64,000 nucleotides of DNA from the human T2T-CHM13v2.0 reference genome, Homo sapiens, in NCBI RefSeq assembly GCF_009914755.1, contig NC_060933.1. One strand, 5' to 3'. Of this stretch, positions 26,948-44,741 are shown piece by piece; the stretch's first letter is position 1, and each line of letters opens with the position of its first letter. Position numbers and translations under genes: made by a program. A model generated the notes under the pieces. The model saw nothing but the letters and a program-made list of their open reading frames with translations, was not told the DNA's origin and did not search any database.

Positions 26948-27745
26948 AGCAGCACTGTTCAACAGAATACACTGCAATGATAAGAAATGTTTTTTGTCTG
27001 CATTGTTCAATATGGTAGCCACTGGCCACATATGGCTATTGAGCTCTTGAAATTTGGCTGGTGCAAATGAGAAATTGAAAATGTAATTCTATTTAATGTT
27101 AATTGATTTAAATTTAAAAAACTGTACGTGGCTAATGGCTACTCTATCTGACAGCATTGGAAGAGTAGCAATATCCAATAGAAATATACTGTGACACACA
27201 GATGTAATTTTAAATTTTCTAGTAGCCGTATTTTAAAAAGTAAAAACAAAAATAAAAGGAAATTTAAATAATATTTTTATATGTTTGCTAATATACATTA
27301 AATCTTATTTTAACCTAGAGTAGCCAAATTTATAAAGGCAGAAAGTAAAATGATAGTTTCCTGGGGCTTAGAGAAGGGAAAAATAAGGAGTTGTTATTTG
27401 ATGGGTACAGAGTGTCGGTTTCGTAAGATAGAGAGAATTCTGTGGGTGGATGGTGGTGATGGTAGGACAGCAGTGTGAATGTAATGCCACTGAACTATAC
27501 ACATAAAAATAGTAAGATGGTAAATTTTATGTGAATTTTACAAAAATTTTTAAAAATTAAAAAGTGAAAATAAATGATCATTTAAACAATTACCCAGTAC
27601 AAAATATTAATATAATATTTTACATCCTCGCTTTTGTACTAAACTTTCAAAATTTGATGCATGTTTACACTTCATCAGACCAGCCACTTTTCACCTGTTG
27701 AATAGCTACATGTGGCTAGTGGCTACTGTACTGGATAGAGCTGGT
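26948..27745. mobile_element. Adjacent MER3- and MER33-like hAT MITEs, the latter split by an L1MB 3' fragment (~27315-27560)
   Basis: gtagccactggccacatatggctattgagc; ccaatagaaatata...cacatgtggctagtggctac-like ends. Confidence 0.7.
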
Positions 27746-28251
27746 ATAGAGAAAGAAAATAATCCAAAAGTTATTAATTATATTTCACTCCTCTTTCTAC
27801 CTTCTTATTTAGGGGCCAATAATTTAAATCTCTACAATAGTTTTCCACCATAAAAGAAGGGGCAAAGTATGCAAAGATAAGTTAATCAAACAAGAGGTTT
27901 GCCTCCATAAAAGTGACTGAGAAATACCTTGCTCTCCTCTAAGACCTTTTAAAAAATATGAATAATATTTAAGTGATTCCTTTGTACTTCATGTATACAT
28001 TCACTCCAATGAAGTTCTTCATACAACCTCGTGGTCCTAAAAGCATTTTAACACAACTGTGCATCTTAAAATCAATAGCAATTGAGAACTGAGAAAAAAT
28101 ATTATTAATTATATTAGTTACCAGGCACACAGATATATAGTTTTCTAAACAATCCTATTGGTAGACATTATTATTCCCATTTTGCAGTTAGGAAATTGAG
28201 AATGAGAGCATTAATACATTTCTTAAGTTATTGAGCTAATAAAAAATAAAT

Positions 28252-28695
28252 CATTGTATCATTTCATTGTATCCTTCTCATGCTTTTGTATCCTCATAGC
28301 TTAGCTCCCGCTTGTGAGTGAAACACACAATGTTTGGTTTTCCATTCCTGAGTTACTTCACTTAGAATAACGGTGTCCAATTCCATCCAGGTTGCTGCGA
28401 AAGCCATTATTTCCTTTCTTTTCGTGGCTGAGGAGTATTCCATGGTATATATATACCACATTTTCTTTATCCAATTGTTGATTGATGGGCATTTGGGCTG
28501 GACTTTGGGGACTCAGGGTAAATGGTGGGAGGGGGGTGAGGGATAAATGACTGCACATTGGGTACAGGGTACACTGCCTGGGTGACAGGTGCACCAAAAT
28601 CTCAGAAATCACCACTAAGAACTTATTCATGTAACCAAACACTACCCGTTCCCCCAAAACCTATTGAATTTAAAAAATAAAAATAAAAAAAAACA
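28252..28695. mobile_element. L1PB-like 3' fragment with 5' inversion (minus 28252-28499, plus 28500-28695)
   Basis: Reverse L1 3' sequence abuts ggactttggggactc...ctattgaat + poly-A. Confidence 0.8.
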
Positions 28696-29269
28696 AAGAA
28701 ATGAATCAAGTAAACAAACTCAAGTAAACCTTAGCTAAAACCTGGGAGGAGCAAAACTAATGTTTGCTGTTTTTAACTCCTTAATTTTAGTGATGTGTCC
28801 CTAGTAAGGGAAGGTCTAGACACTGGGTGATAACACGAATGATTGCTACTTCTTTCACATCATGCAGAAACTGAGGTCATCAGTTTACACAAATAGGATG
28901 GGAACTCATCATTTTCTTTCTTTGTCTTTCTTACACCATGGAATCTGTAGTACTGAGTAGATAGGGATGGTGTATGTGGACATATTATTTAGAGAATAAG
29001 TAAAAAGTCCAAATCAAATCATCATCTAGATTCTAAGGCATCAGAATAACTTGGAAGTTTACCACCAATTAATATGCTGATCTCTGAAGTGAGTCTAAAT
29101 TTTAAAAACTATTAGAGAGAGAAACACCTAAAATCTATTCAGTCTTAGACACAAGGAAAGAAAATGTTTTATTTTCATGAGAAAATGAAGTAGTTTTATT
29201 TATTGTTGTTGGAGCAAGTGTGTGGATTTTGTTATTTTTAAATTTCACATTCTATTATGTTGTTGTATT

Positions 29270-29760
29270 GGTGTATAGGTCAGTGTGTACAAGAAACGCA
29301 GAATAATCCAGATGAGAAAAATTTAACACAGACAAGTGACTATTAATTTGTTAGAAGGGCTGAATAACAAAAGGGGCAAAAGTATATTTCAAGAGAAAAA
29401 GAGAAGAGGATGCTATTATCAATAGCTTAGGAATCAGCTTCCTCCTCTGAGAACCCACACAAGAGCCCATACATCCCACTGCCTCTGTGCCCCAGACAAG
29501 TGGGCTGAAACCCACTGACTCACTGGAGCCCAGTGGCCTAGCTTTGCTGCAGCCACTCCCACAGGTACTGACAAAAGAAAGAAAACAGTGGCTTTGCCCT
29601 TCCCAATTCGAACCTCTCACAATATCCCCCAATGGAAAAACAGCAGAATTCAGCTGGGAAAGGAGTCTGGGAAACACAGTTTGCAAGCTTCCAGCTCTGG
29701 TGGAAGCAAAGGGTAAATGTGGAGCTGAGATCCAACCAAAACTCTCCAGCACAACTGGTG
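29270..29760. mobile_element. Ancient ERVL/MaLR-type LTR remnant
   Basis: ggagtctgggaaacacagtttg motif; GC step relative to flanks. Confidence 0.45.
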
Positions 29761-29764
29761 GAAT

Positions 29765-29934
29765 AAAAAAGAAAAATAAGAGGAATCTGTGAGAATCTTC
29801 ATGAAATACGGAAAGAAATGCTCATTGCAACACAGCAAGAAGCCACCAATTTGGCAAAACTAATTGGATAATGGAGGCATCTTTTCCAGGTTGACAAACA
29901 GAATTGCAGTTGTCAGAGACAAACATAATTGATA
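29765..29934 (-). pseudogene. Putative exon remnant (QLQFCLS / NLEKMPPLSN*FCQIGGFLLCCNEHFFPYF) abutting an old LTR
   Basis: Acceptor CTCTCCTCATATGTTCAG|; no donor seen before the LTR-like sequence. Confidence 0.4.
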
Positions 29935-30624
29935 CTGAACATATGAGGAGAGATTGTTCATGTTCTCGTTGTTCTCGTTCAAAATATTCTGCTTAGAATA
30001 ATAATCTATGCATTGTATCTAGACACAGATATTCAAAGAGCATTACCACAGGGTGAGGCACTGTCTTTGAGAGGTCATATTATGAATGGCTGAGTTCACA
30101 GACTCTGGAGACAGACTACCCAGGTTGGCATTTAAATTATTCCACTTACTGATTATATGCCTTTGGGCAACTTGGTCATCCATCCCTAGTATCCTACTGA
30201 ATTTGCTGTTGTCAAGGTCACTACGCATGTTCATATTGCCAAATCCAATGGCCACTTCTCACGCAAATTTTGCTTGACTGACCTCCCATTAGCATCTACT
30301 ATATTTCATGGCACCATTTTTGAGGTGCTGCTTCTTTTGGATTCCCTGATACTCTTGTCTCCTCCTGGCTTTTCTTCTATACAATATACCTAGTCTTTCC
30401 TCCTCCATCCTTGTTGCTGTCTCTTGTCTCTGCTTGGCTTCTAAACACAGAAGTGCCGAAGATCTTTTTTTCCCCTCCGGGTCCCTTCCTTTCCTTTACA
30501 CACTCTGCCCGGGTGATCTCATTCAGGCCTTAGCTTTGCATACCGTCTCTGACTCCTGAGCTAGACCTTCAGAGCACCCTCTCATTAGGCCCCCTGATAT
30601 CTTCAAGTCAAAAGGTAACTCCTA

Positions 30625-33577
<2,953 letters not shown>

Positions 33578-33935
33578 GGAAGGAAATTCTGACACATGCT
33601 ACTATGTGGATGAAACTTGAGGACATTATGCTAAGTGAAATTAACCAGTTACACACACACACAAATACTGTATGACTCCACTTACATGAGGTACCTGAAG
33701 TAGTCCAATTCATACAGACAGAAAGTGAATGGTAGTTGCCAGAGAATGAAGGGAGAAAGAAACGGAGAATTATTGTTTAATTGTTATAAAATTTCAGTAT
33801 GGGAAGATGAAAAAGTTTTGGAGACGGATGGTGGTGATGATTGCACAACAATGTGAATGTACTTAATGCCCATGGACTGTACACTTAAAAATGGTAAATC
33901 TTATGTAAATTTTACCACCATAAAAGAGTTGAAAC
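33578..33935 (+). mobile_element. L1MB-type 3' end
   Basis: gaaattctgacacatgct...ggacattatgctaagtgaaa...gtacacttaaaaatggt. Confidence 0.8.
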
Positions 33936-35432
33936 AACAACAAAAAGAACTGATGTTCTTTCCCCAAACCTACCCACTCCTCTCCATCATCCCCAAATAG
34001 CCCATCAATAACCTAGTATTTTATTCCAAATAAACCAACAAACAAAATACCCTTGATTCATCTAATTCCCTTGCCCTACCTCCAGTCCAGTCCAACAGAA
34101 AAGCTATCATTTCTAACTCCAAAACATATCCAGTTCCATCCACATCATGAGAATCCAGGATTCTCATCACCCCATCATCATGGCCCTTATTCCCATCTCG
34201 GGACCTTCCTGTGTACTGTCCCCTCAGCCCAGTGTTCTTCCTGCTGACTTCTTCACATGCCTGGCCCCTTCCTGTCACTCAGGCTCTATTTTCAGGACAC
34301 TCTCAGGAAGTTCTTCTTTAACCTCTTTCTAAAGTAGCCACTCAGTTTCAATGCTCAGCAGAATACTAATTACTTTCTATGTGGTACACATTTTTCTGTT
34401 TTCTTTCTTTCAACTGTAATATAAATCCCATGGGTTCAAGGACCTGTTTTCATCTTCATTACTGCTCTTTCTTCCCTATCTAGCTCAGAAGCTGGTACAT
34501 ATTTGGCACTCAATACAAATTGATTAAATGAATGAATGAACTTCCCTGAATTTTAGTATCATCTCAGTAAAAGTGGGAATTATATCAATCTTATAGTTTG
34601 TTTTTGAGAATTAAATAAAATAATGCCTCTAAAACTGTTAGCACAGTGCCTGAAGCACAAGTAGCACACTCAAAGATCAACTGTTATTTTCAAAATTATG
34701 AATATCATCATTAGGCAAATTATAAGGTGATACTGGTGCCCTGGACATTGCTATTACCAGTTCTTTTACTACTTGGGAAGCAGAAAAGTGACACCTAAAG
34801 GCGAACCTGCTTGACCCATGAAAGATAAGAAAATATTTCTAGTAAAACAATCGATGATTGAATATTTGAGCCAGGTGCTTGAAAACGTTATTGGCCAAGA
34901 TGTGGTTGAACATGTAGGGGGTATTTTTTGTTACAGAAAATTTCATAAGAAAGGATGTCCTATCTGGATATTAATCATGGATCCAGAGACTGCTTGAAAG
35001 CTTACAATGCACTTTTATACACTTTATCTGATTTTTTCCCCTCACAGTGACACTATGAAGAAGCCAGGATTAGTATTAAAATTCCCTTCTAAAGAAGCAC
35101 CTTGAAATTCCAAGCCCAAAACATGAATTTAAGTTTTACATCTCAAATCTTATCATTAATATCAAAATAATATGCAGTTTTTGAACAGGAGACATAGAAC
35201 GCTAAGAGTTTTATATAGTTGGGGTACAATTGTTTGATATTCTCTCAGGACAGATTAATTTTAAAAAAGAGATATCAAAATTCAATTTTGCCTAGTTTTA
35301 AAAGAAATCATTCAGAATCCCTAATATTCAAATGTGCCTCCATCAGTCTGAGGATTTCTGATTGCTATTTGGGGCTGTAAAATCCTCTTCCTTCTATTGA
35401 GCCAAAAATCCTCATGTAAAAATACCAGTTAC

Positions 35433-35558
35433 CTAAGCTGTACTTGTTATACAAGAAGTTTTTTTTTTTTCCTCTCTCTCTCTCTCTCCCTTAAGGTTTC
35501 TTATGAAGTTGCTTATCTTCTCTTGAAAAGAACAAAATCCTGGATTACATCAGTTCAC
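35433..35558 (-). pseudogene. Putative 126-nt exon (GELM*SRILFFSREDKQLHKKP*GRERER...)
   Basis: Acceptor TTTCTCTTTTTGCCAAG|, donor TAG|GTAACT; contains (GA)n/poly-A slippage. Confidence 0.4.
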
Positions 35559-38500
35559 CTTGGCAAAAAGAGAAATGGGAAGTTTTATAATGTTAACAGA
35601 AATGAAATCTTTCACCCATTTATATATTTCACTGAAGATAAATTTCTTTCAAAATTTAAGATGTTATTATTTTTTAAATATAGAAGCATGAAGTATTTTT
35701 TCTTTAGTTTAATTGATAAAACATTTAATTAAAAAATGGTTGATAACTTGGTTTTATGCATAGTATACCATTCTATAACAGTAGCAGCTGAAAAGACAAG
35801 GATATGGGAGAGAAGGAATACAAATGGGAAATGGAAAGTGACAAGGATGACATATAGAGACTGGTTAGCCAGGAGGGGGATTTCCTTAGGTAATCTGTGG
35901 AGCAGAAGAACCAGCAATGTAAATACCGGCCACCTAGACATGGGCAGTCTTAGCCAAGAAGGAGAGGAATGTGACCAGGGCAGAGAAAATAGGGTCTACT
36001 GTCTACTTAAAAGAAGATGGTAACATACCAGTTATGTAACTGGGAGAGTGAAGAACAGATCTAACAAGGAAACAAGGAAGCCTGGAACAAGTAAGAGTGA
36101 CACAGTGATTCAGGACCCTATATGTGTAAAGGGAGCACTTAATGAGCCACGTACTTCTAGCATTGGTAGAAAAACCATCAAGGCGCGAGGCTAGCCTGCA
36201 TTCATTTGGGTGTGAGAAAAAAAAATTATAGACAGACCGCATTCCCATTGCCATACTTCAATGATGTGATCAACAATGTCGTATTCTAAGTTACCTAGTA
36301 ACAAGGGTTATGATGTGCATGCATTTTAGTAACTTCTTATTTTGTTTTAAATTATAGAAACGTTACTTTTTTACTATATAGAACTTGGAACTTAGAAAAT
36401 TGTTTAAAAAATATAAAGAAACTAAATGTTATACACAATCCCAGCATTCAGAAAAAAGTACTCTTAACAAATCACAGAGATATATGTATAGAAATATATG
36501 TATGCTTATTCCTTAACACTATGTAATCATAATATGTTGTTCGATACTTTTAATTTAAAAAACAGTGCAATGTGTGACTTTACATATAATTAATAATTCT
36601 TCAAGAGTATAATTTTAATGACTTCATAATATTCTATTAAAATATTTTGTACTTTTACATTATTTCCATTTTTTGACATAAAATCTAGCAATGAACAATT
36701 TTATAAATAAAGGTCTCTCTGTATCTCTTAAAAAGTGAAATTATTGGGTTAAGCTTCTTGAAGGCCTTTGACATATTGTTAAATTGGCTTCCAGAAAATG
36801 ACATAAATATCCAATACTTACAACTGAAACTTGGGCACAAATGAATTCACATAATGGTTATTCCTTACTCTCCGAACTCTCACTATTGAAATTTAAGAAT
36901 TAGATAGTGAATAATTCTTATACATATGTTTTTGAAACTTGGAATTACACTATGAATGCAGCCTTATATCTTGATTTCTCTTGCAAATTTATATAGTAGA
37001 AAAACAATTACATGCCAAAGATTTTTATTAGCAATAATGGATGCCAGAAAACAATGAAGGAATATCTTCAAAGTATTGAGGAAAAATAAACTGTCGAATT
37101 AGAATTAAATATGCAGTTAAATTGTCATTCAAGAGTAAAGGCAAAAAAATGACTACTTGTTTTGCATACCTAAAAGAATAGATTTCCTACAAACTATAAG
37201 ATTTTAAAATAATGAATATACTTTGCAAAAAAGAATAGGGAAGAAATGGGATTTTAAAACAATGATAAGCATGGACATTTGGAAAATGTTTATAAATCTA
37301 ATTAATTGTTGCCTAAAAATAACAATAATTTCATGTATTTAAGAGTTAATGCTAGATAAATATTTTAAAAACACAATAATAAAACAACAATGTATTTCAG
37401 ATAAACACAGCAAACTTTTTTTTAAACTCGTAAGTAGGATTATCTCCAGAGGCCAAAAACAAAAGAAATTGAACTGAGTCAGAGGATAAGCACAGTGTTT
37501 TAGAAGCAATCCAGAGAAGCAGGACGTGGTTTCTGAAGATTAATGTGCTACAAGGAGACAGGACATGAGGACTGGATCAGAAAAGATGGAGACTTTAAAT
37601 GGAAAACAGAGCTGAGGTCTTTGAATGCATGTACCCTTGGTAGAAAAGAAGAGCTTTAAGACCACCCATTGTTGTCTCAGAAAGGCATTGAGGAAGTTTG
37701 TCTGTCATGCTAGGGTTCTACTTGGGGAGAGGTAAGAGGGAAGTCTCCCGTAGGATTTCATAACCAGGGGCCTAATAAAAAGTCTTAATGTGGAATCTAC
37801 AATCTAAGAGAAATTAACCCACCTAAACTGTCTCAGGCTTATAATACCCTTGGACCATCTGTAACAATTAAATCTAGAAGTGCTCTGGATAGCTATACCC
37901 TAACATGCTTAATAAGATCTTACCTGGTATAACCCTGCTAAAGATGAGCTATCTATATCATAAAATGTCTTTTTAAATTCACTTTAAACAAAAGAAAGTA
38001 ATCAGAGTAAATAGCACAATTAAACCCATTAAATGTCACATAATAAAGACTATGAAGTAAATGTATGTAAAAAGATGAAAGTTATGAAAGTGGATAAAAA
38101 CACAGAAAGACATATGACTCCATGGACAATGCACAAACTATTTTCAGAAGTGGGAAAACATAGTTTATGGAATAAAATCTCAATGAATAGTTTAAACAGC
38201 AGTTTAAGCACAACTGAACAAAGAATTTGTGAACAGGTGCACAGTGCTTAGGAAATTATTCAGAAGGCAGAGCCCAGAGAAGAAACAAGATGAAAAATAA
38301 ACAAATAAAAGGGAGATTAACATATAAGAAGGAAACATAGAGAAAGTCCAATACATGTTAATGAAATTTCTTAGCAGATGAAACAGAGAGAAGGGGGAAT
38401 AGTAATACAATTATTTTCCAAGATTGAAGAAAAAAGCATGAATAGGCATATTTAAACAGCACGGTTAGTCCTGAGTGGAATAAAAGTGAATGTGCCGCTA

Positions 38501-38823
38501 GGCTCAATCTCATTGTAACATAGACTGCGAGAAAATCTTAAAGGTAATACCAAAGAAAGATTTTTCTCAAAGAGCAACAGTTAGCCAAAAAACAGGCATC
38601 TAAACTTCATGAAACTAGCAAGAGGATATTGTAATTATACCAAAAGATCTATAGGGAAATGGTTTATAATCCAAATTCTATATCCAGCTAAATTTTCAGG
38701 AAAAAACAGGGCCAAATGAAATAATTTTCAGACAATCATACACTGGGAGAAATCAACAGTAGACTTAAAAAATTACCTAAAATATATATTTCAGGAAGAA
38801 AGTGACCCACAAAGAAGAATTAG

Positions 38824-40256
<1,433 letters not shown>

Positions 40257-40398
40257 CTAATAAACTTTAACTATATAAAGTAATAATATTGACTAACTTG
40301 AAGGTTATTAAGATAGAACTGAAATATCAAACAAATTATTTATGATCAGAGTAGATGAAGATAAAATCTTTAGATTCTTATATTGTTTAGAATTTAAG

Positions 40399-40906
40399 TG
40401 AGGACAGCAAAGATCACCTGATGACCAACAAGCAGGCCATCCAGAGACAAAACTCTTTATCTGAGGAATTCAGAAGTAATTAGACTTCCCTATTATCTAA
40501 AGTACGCATCTGGTTCCAGGTTTCTTTCTCAAGAACTTAGAAGTAACTAGAATTTCTATGAATCTCTGGAATGCATCATGCATATCAAAACTTATCATGC
40601 AATCCTTGCTGACATTAAGGCACCAAAATGTCTACAAATGTAATCTTATCATGATCTACGTGGCTAATATCATCTAAATTACCCTTAAGCTCCCACATAA
40701 GATCCATAAATACCCCTATGAAAAATGCACCTTGGTGCGGTGCACTCAGTCCTATTGCTAAGGCACCCTGCTGCACTCTTAGGCAGGATTCTTTCTTTCT
40801 AATAAAACTTTCCTTTTTCAAACCTATAATGCCGTTGGTAAATCCTTCTTAACAACCTGGAAGTCGACCACTTTCCAATGCTGGGGCTCTGACATCTCAC
40901 CCGGCA
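40399..40906 (+). mobile_element. ERV1-class solo LTR (MER67-like, family tentative)
   Basis: TG...CA termini, AATAAA at 40801, perfect 5-bp TSD TTAAG. Confidence 0.85.
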
Positions 40907-42556
40907 TTAAGTATATTGACTAATTTCAGTGTATGTTAATTAAGCATACATGATTTAATATATATTTATATATTTATATTTAATATAAAATTTGTATTAA
41001 AATATATATTTATATAGAAAAATGTTTATATGTATATAGTTAATCTATATTATATATAATTATATAATATATAGTATATATTATATATTTAGTATAATTT
41101 CTAAACTATAGCTGACATTAGATGAAAAAACAAAAAAGTACAGGAAATTTAAAAAATTACTAAAAGGCAGGTTATAAATGAGGAAAAGCATAGGAAATAC
41201 ATGGTGCATAGGAAAACACTAAGTAAAAATGATAGAAATGAATCTAACAATATCAGTTTATCAATGTCTTTTAATTCAGCCGTTAAAATGCAGATATTTT
41301 GAAGCGGATAACTATATACACATACATGAAAATTTTGCTAAATGCAGTTCATAGGAGACACACAGAAAGGATAAGAACACAGAAAGTGTCAGGTTAAAGG
41401 GCAAAGAATACATGCCAAGCAAACAATTCACAAAATACAAAGCCTGGTAGAGTTAAATTAATATCAAACAAAATAAAGGGAAAGGCACAAAATGTTATTA
41501 GAATAAGAGGGATGCTAAGTAACACTTAAATATTGTCTACAGCAGATGAAGAGAAAAGGTGACACTTGGAAACTTAAAATTATATTGGAAATAATGATTA
41601 GTGAAAAATGCATTATAATAGAAACTATAAAATATTTAAATATTTAAGTTATAAATATTTAACACAATATTTAATTTAATATAAAATATATAATATTTAA
41701 CAGTGTTAACCAGTTAACAATTACATATCAAAGCTTGAGGGATTCAACTAAATGGAACTTAGAGATAAGGTCATAGCCATAAAGGATTTTATTCGAAAAG
41801 AAGAAAAACTAAAAATTTATGAGATCATCCTACCACTCAAAAAGTTAGAGAAAAGAATTAGCACAGAGTATAAGAAAACAGAATGTGAAGAAGTGATATT
41901 AAGGATAAAAATTGGGTGTAAGTCTAAATAATGCAGAGAACAAGAAAATCATAAAGGAATGTTATAAATAACTTTGTACTAATAAATATATAAAATAGAA
42001 ACGTGCACAATTATCTAACATCAGCATGATTTGCCATAACTGGCTCAGAGCAAGCAGAAAACATGATTAGGCTTACAACGATTAAACCAATCAAATCAGT
42101 ATTTTAAAGTATGCGCCCTGCCACCAAACAAACAAAAATTGGCCTCAGATATTCTACCAAACGTTTCAAAAAGTGATAATTCCAATATGATACAAATGGT
42201 TACAAATGAACAAATAGAAAAAGAGGAAATATTTCTCAGTTCAGTTTATGGGGATACTGAAACCTGGATAGCAGAGAATAATATATAAAAAAGGGAAATT
42301 ATAAGGCCGTCTTACCTATGAAGGTAGATGAAAACAATACTATAATGTACTAGAAAACTAAATAGACGATGTATTTTAAAATACATCATTGCCAAATTGC
42401 CTTAACAGTAGAAATATTACTATAATGCATACATTAGCAGAATAACGCAAACTCTCTGATCATGTTAATAAATTCAGAAAAAGCAGTTGATAAAAATTAA
42501 CATTATTTATTCACTGTGTTTTAAATAGAACTCTAAGGAAACTAGAAATAAAGCTT

Positions 42557-42790
42557 GTAGCCCATTTGTGCCGTTACAACAAAATACCTGAGACTGAGAA
42601 ATTTATAAAGAACAAAAATGTATGTTTTACAGTTTTGGAGGCTGGGAGTCCAAGATCAAGGGACAGCAGGTTCGGTGTCTGGTAAGCGCTGCTCCCTGCT
42701 TTCAAGATGGCATCTTGTTGGGGCTGGAAGGGCAGGAAAGCTGAACTCTGCATGAAGCCATTTTTAATGCAGAGGGCCTTAATCCTATTC
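42557..42790 (-). mobile_element. MST/MLT1A-like LTR fragment
   Basis: aaaatacctgagactg...ggaggctgggagtccaagatcaag. Confidence 0.7.
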
Positions 42791-43301
42791 GCTTGCCAAA
42801 TTGATTCCAAAATTTAAATGCTAGTGCAAAGGGCCTAAGGTAAACAAACAAACAAAGAACAATATGATGAATAGAATTGTTCAACTCTAAGGATTATTAG
42901 AAAGCTTTTTGATTAAGATAATGTGGTATTGGTTTAGGACTGATAAATACTCTAATGAATTAGAACTGAAGAGAGGTTCTTGATGTATGATAAAAACTGG
43001 TATATTTAAAATAATTAAGAATGAAGATGTACTATTCCATAACTGGTACTGATAAAATTGGTTATAAAAATGGAAACAAAAACTAAAATTAACCTTGTTT
43101 CACCACATAAAAAAATGATTTCATGCGGATCAATGACCTGTTTGTGGAAAAAAAAAAAAAGGCAATTTTAAGGAAAAAAGAATATATTTATGACATTGCA
43201 GTAGGGAGAATTTTTTAATAAGACACTAATACCTAGAAGGAAAATAACTCATATTTACTTACATCAAAGCTGGGAAATTCTCTACAAAAGAAACCTAAAC
43301 A

Positions 43302-43606
<305 letters not shown>

Positions 43607-43644
43607 GATATCTAAACAAAACAAAAGATGAATTGTTGGGAAGC

Positions 43645-43782
43645 GAAAGAAAAAGAGAGAAGAAAGAGAAGGAAGGAAGGGAGGGAGGGAGAGAAGGAGG
43701 GAGGGAGGAAAGAAGGAAGGTAGGAGGGAAGGAAGGAGAAAGAGAGAGAGAGAGACAGAAAAAGAGAGAGAGGAAGGAAGGA
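43645..43782. repeat. GA-rich low-complexity tract
   Basis: Directly visible. Confidence 0.9.
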
Positions 43783-44741
43783 CATGGTAATCTAGATAAC
43801 CAACAAAAGATTTGTTTCTTTACTACATAAAGGGTTTCTACAAGTCAACATACCACCAAATAGAACATAATGTGAACAGGAAATATACTTAAGTAGAAAA
43901 CCAAATGGCAATTAAATGTATAAAAAGATGTTAAATCTCATTAGTCATCAGGAAAATGTAATCTAGGACTACCATAAGCTACTGTGTTACAGGTATCCTA
44001 TCGGAAAATTGGATCCCATATTGGCAAGGGTGTAGAGAAACAGGAACTCTGTTCTGCTGGTGTGTCACTGCTGGTGTGAATGAACATTGGAGAACTGTTT
44101 GGCATTCTTCAGTAAATCTGAATATGTGCATAAGCTTTCACACAGACTTCCTCTCCTAGGTGTATAACCTTAAAGAAATTAAAAATAAAATCTCATGCAT
44201 ATGTGTTAAAGGAGAAGTGTTCAAGGAAGTTCACTGCTACTTCGTGTATATGGATACTGTAAAATATTCACTGGTAGAGGAAAGCTGATTCAATAAACAA
44301 CAGATATACCAAATTACTTCAGATTTCACTAGAAAAATTATATAATTATGATATAATTACACAGCTTAATAATTATATAATATATAGACAACTATACAAG
44401 TTAATAATTATATATTTATATATAATATATATATATATAAGGTTTGTAGTTGTAAAGAAAAACTTACCCCAGATAGTCTGATTAGAGAATGAATTTATTG
44501 AAGAATACCAAATCACTTATAGACTCTGCAAGAGCAAAGAAATCCAGTTTTGAAGCTTTGCAATTATGAACAGAGGGCCAAATGCCATCACCAGGCTGCT
44601 CCTCCTAAGCCATCACAGCTCCTGCCACTTGCCGCCACAGTTCCAGCTAATTATCCTAAAAGTAGTCTTTCAGAAGTTTTTGCCAGTTAACTTTGCAGCA
44701 TGCTTTAACAAAAGATAGATACCTTAAGAGACCATTCTCTC

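Noticed and set aside
29351-29792. 133-aa and 101-aa overlapping ORFs
   Set aside because: Lie within an LTR-like remnant; no splice or homology support
34757-34825. Possible extra fossil exon (SRFAFRCHFSASQVVKEL|GTAATA)
   Set aside because: Acceptor ambiguous and phase not matched to the downstream exon; not enough support
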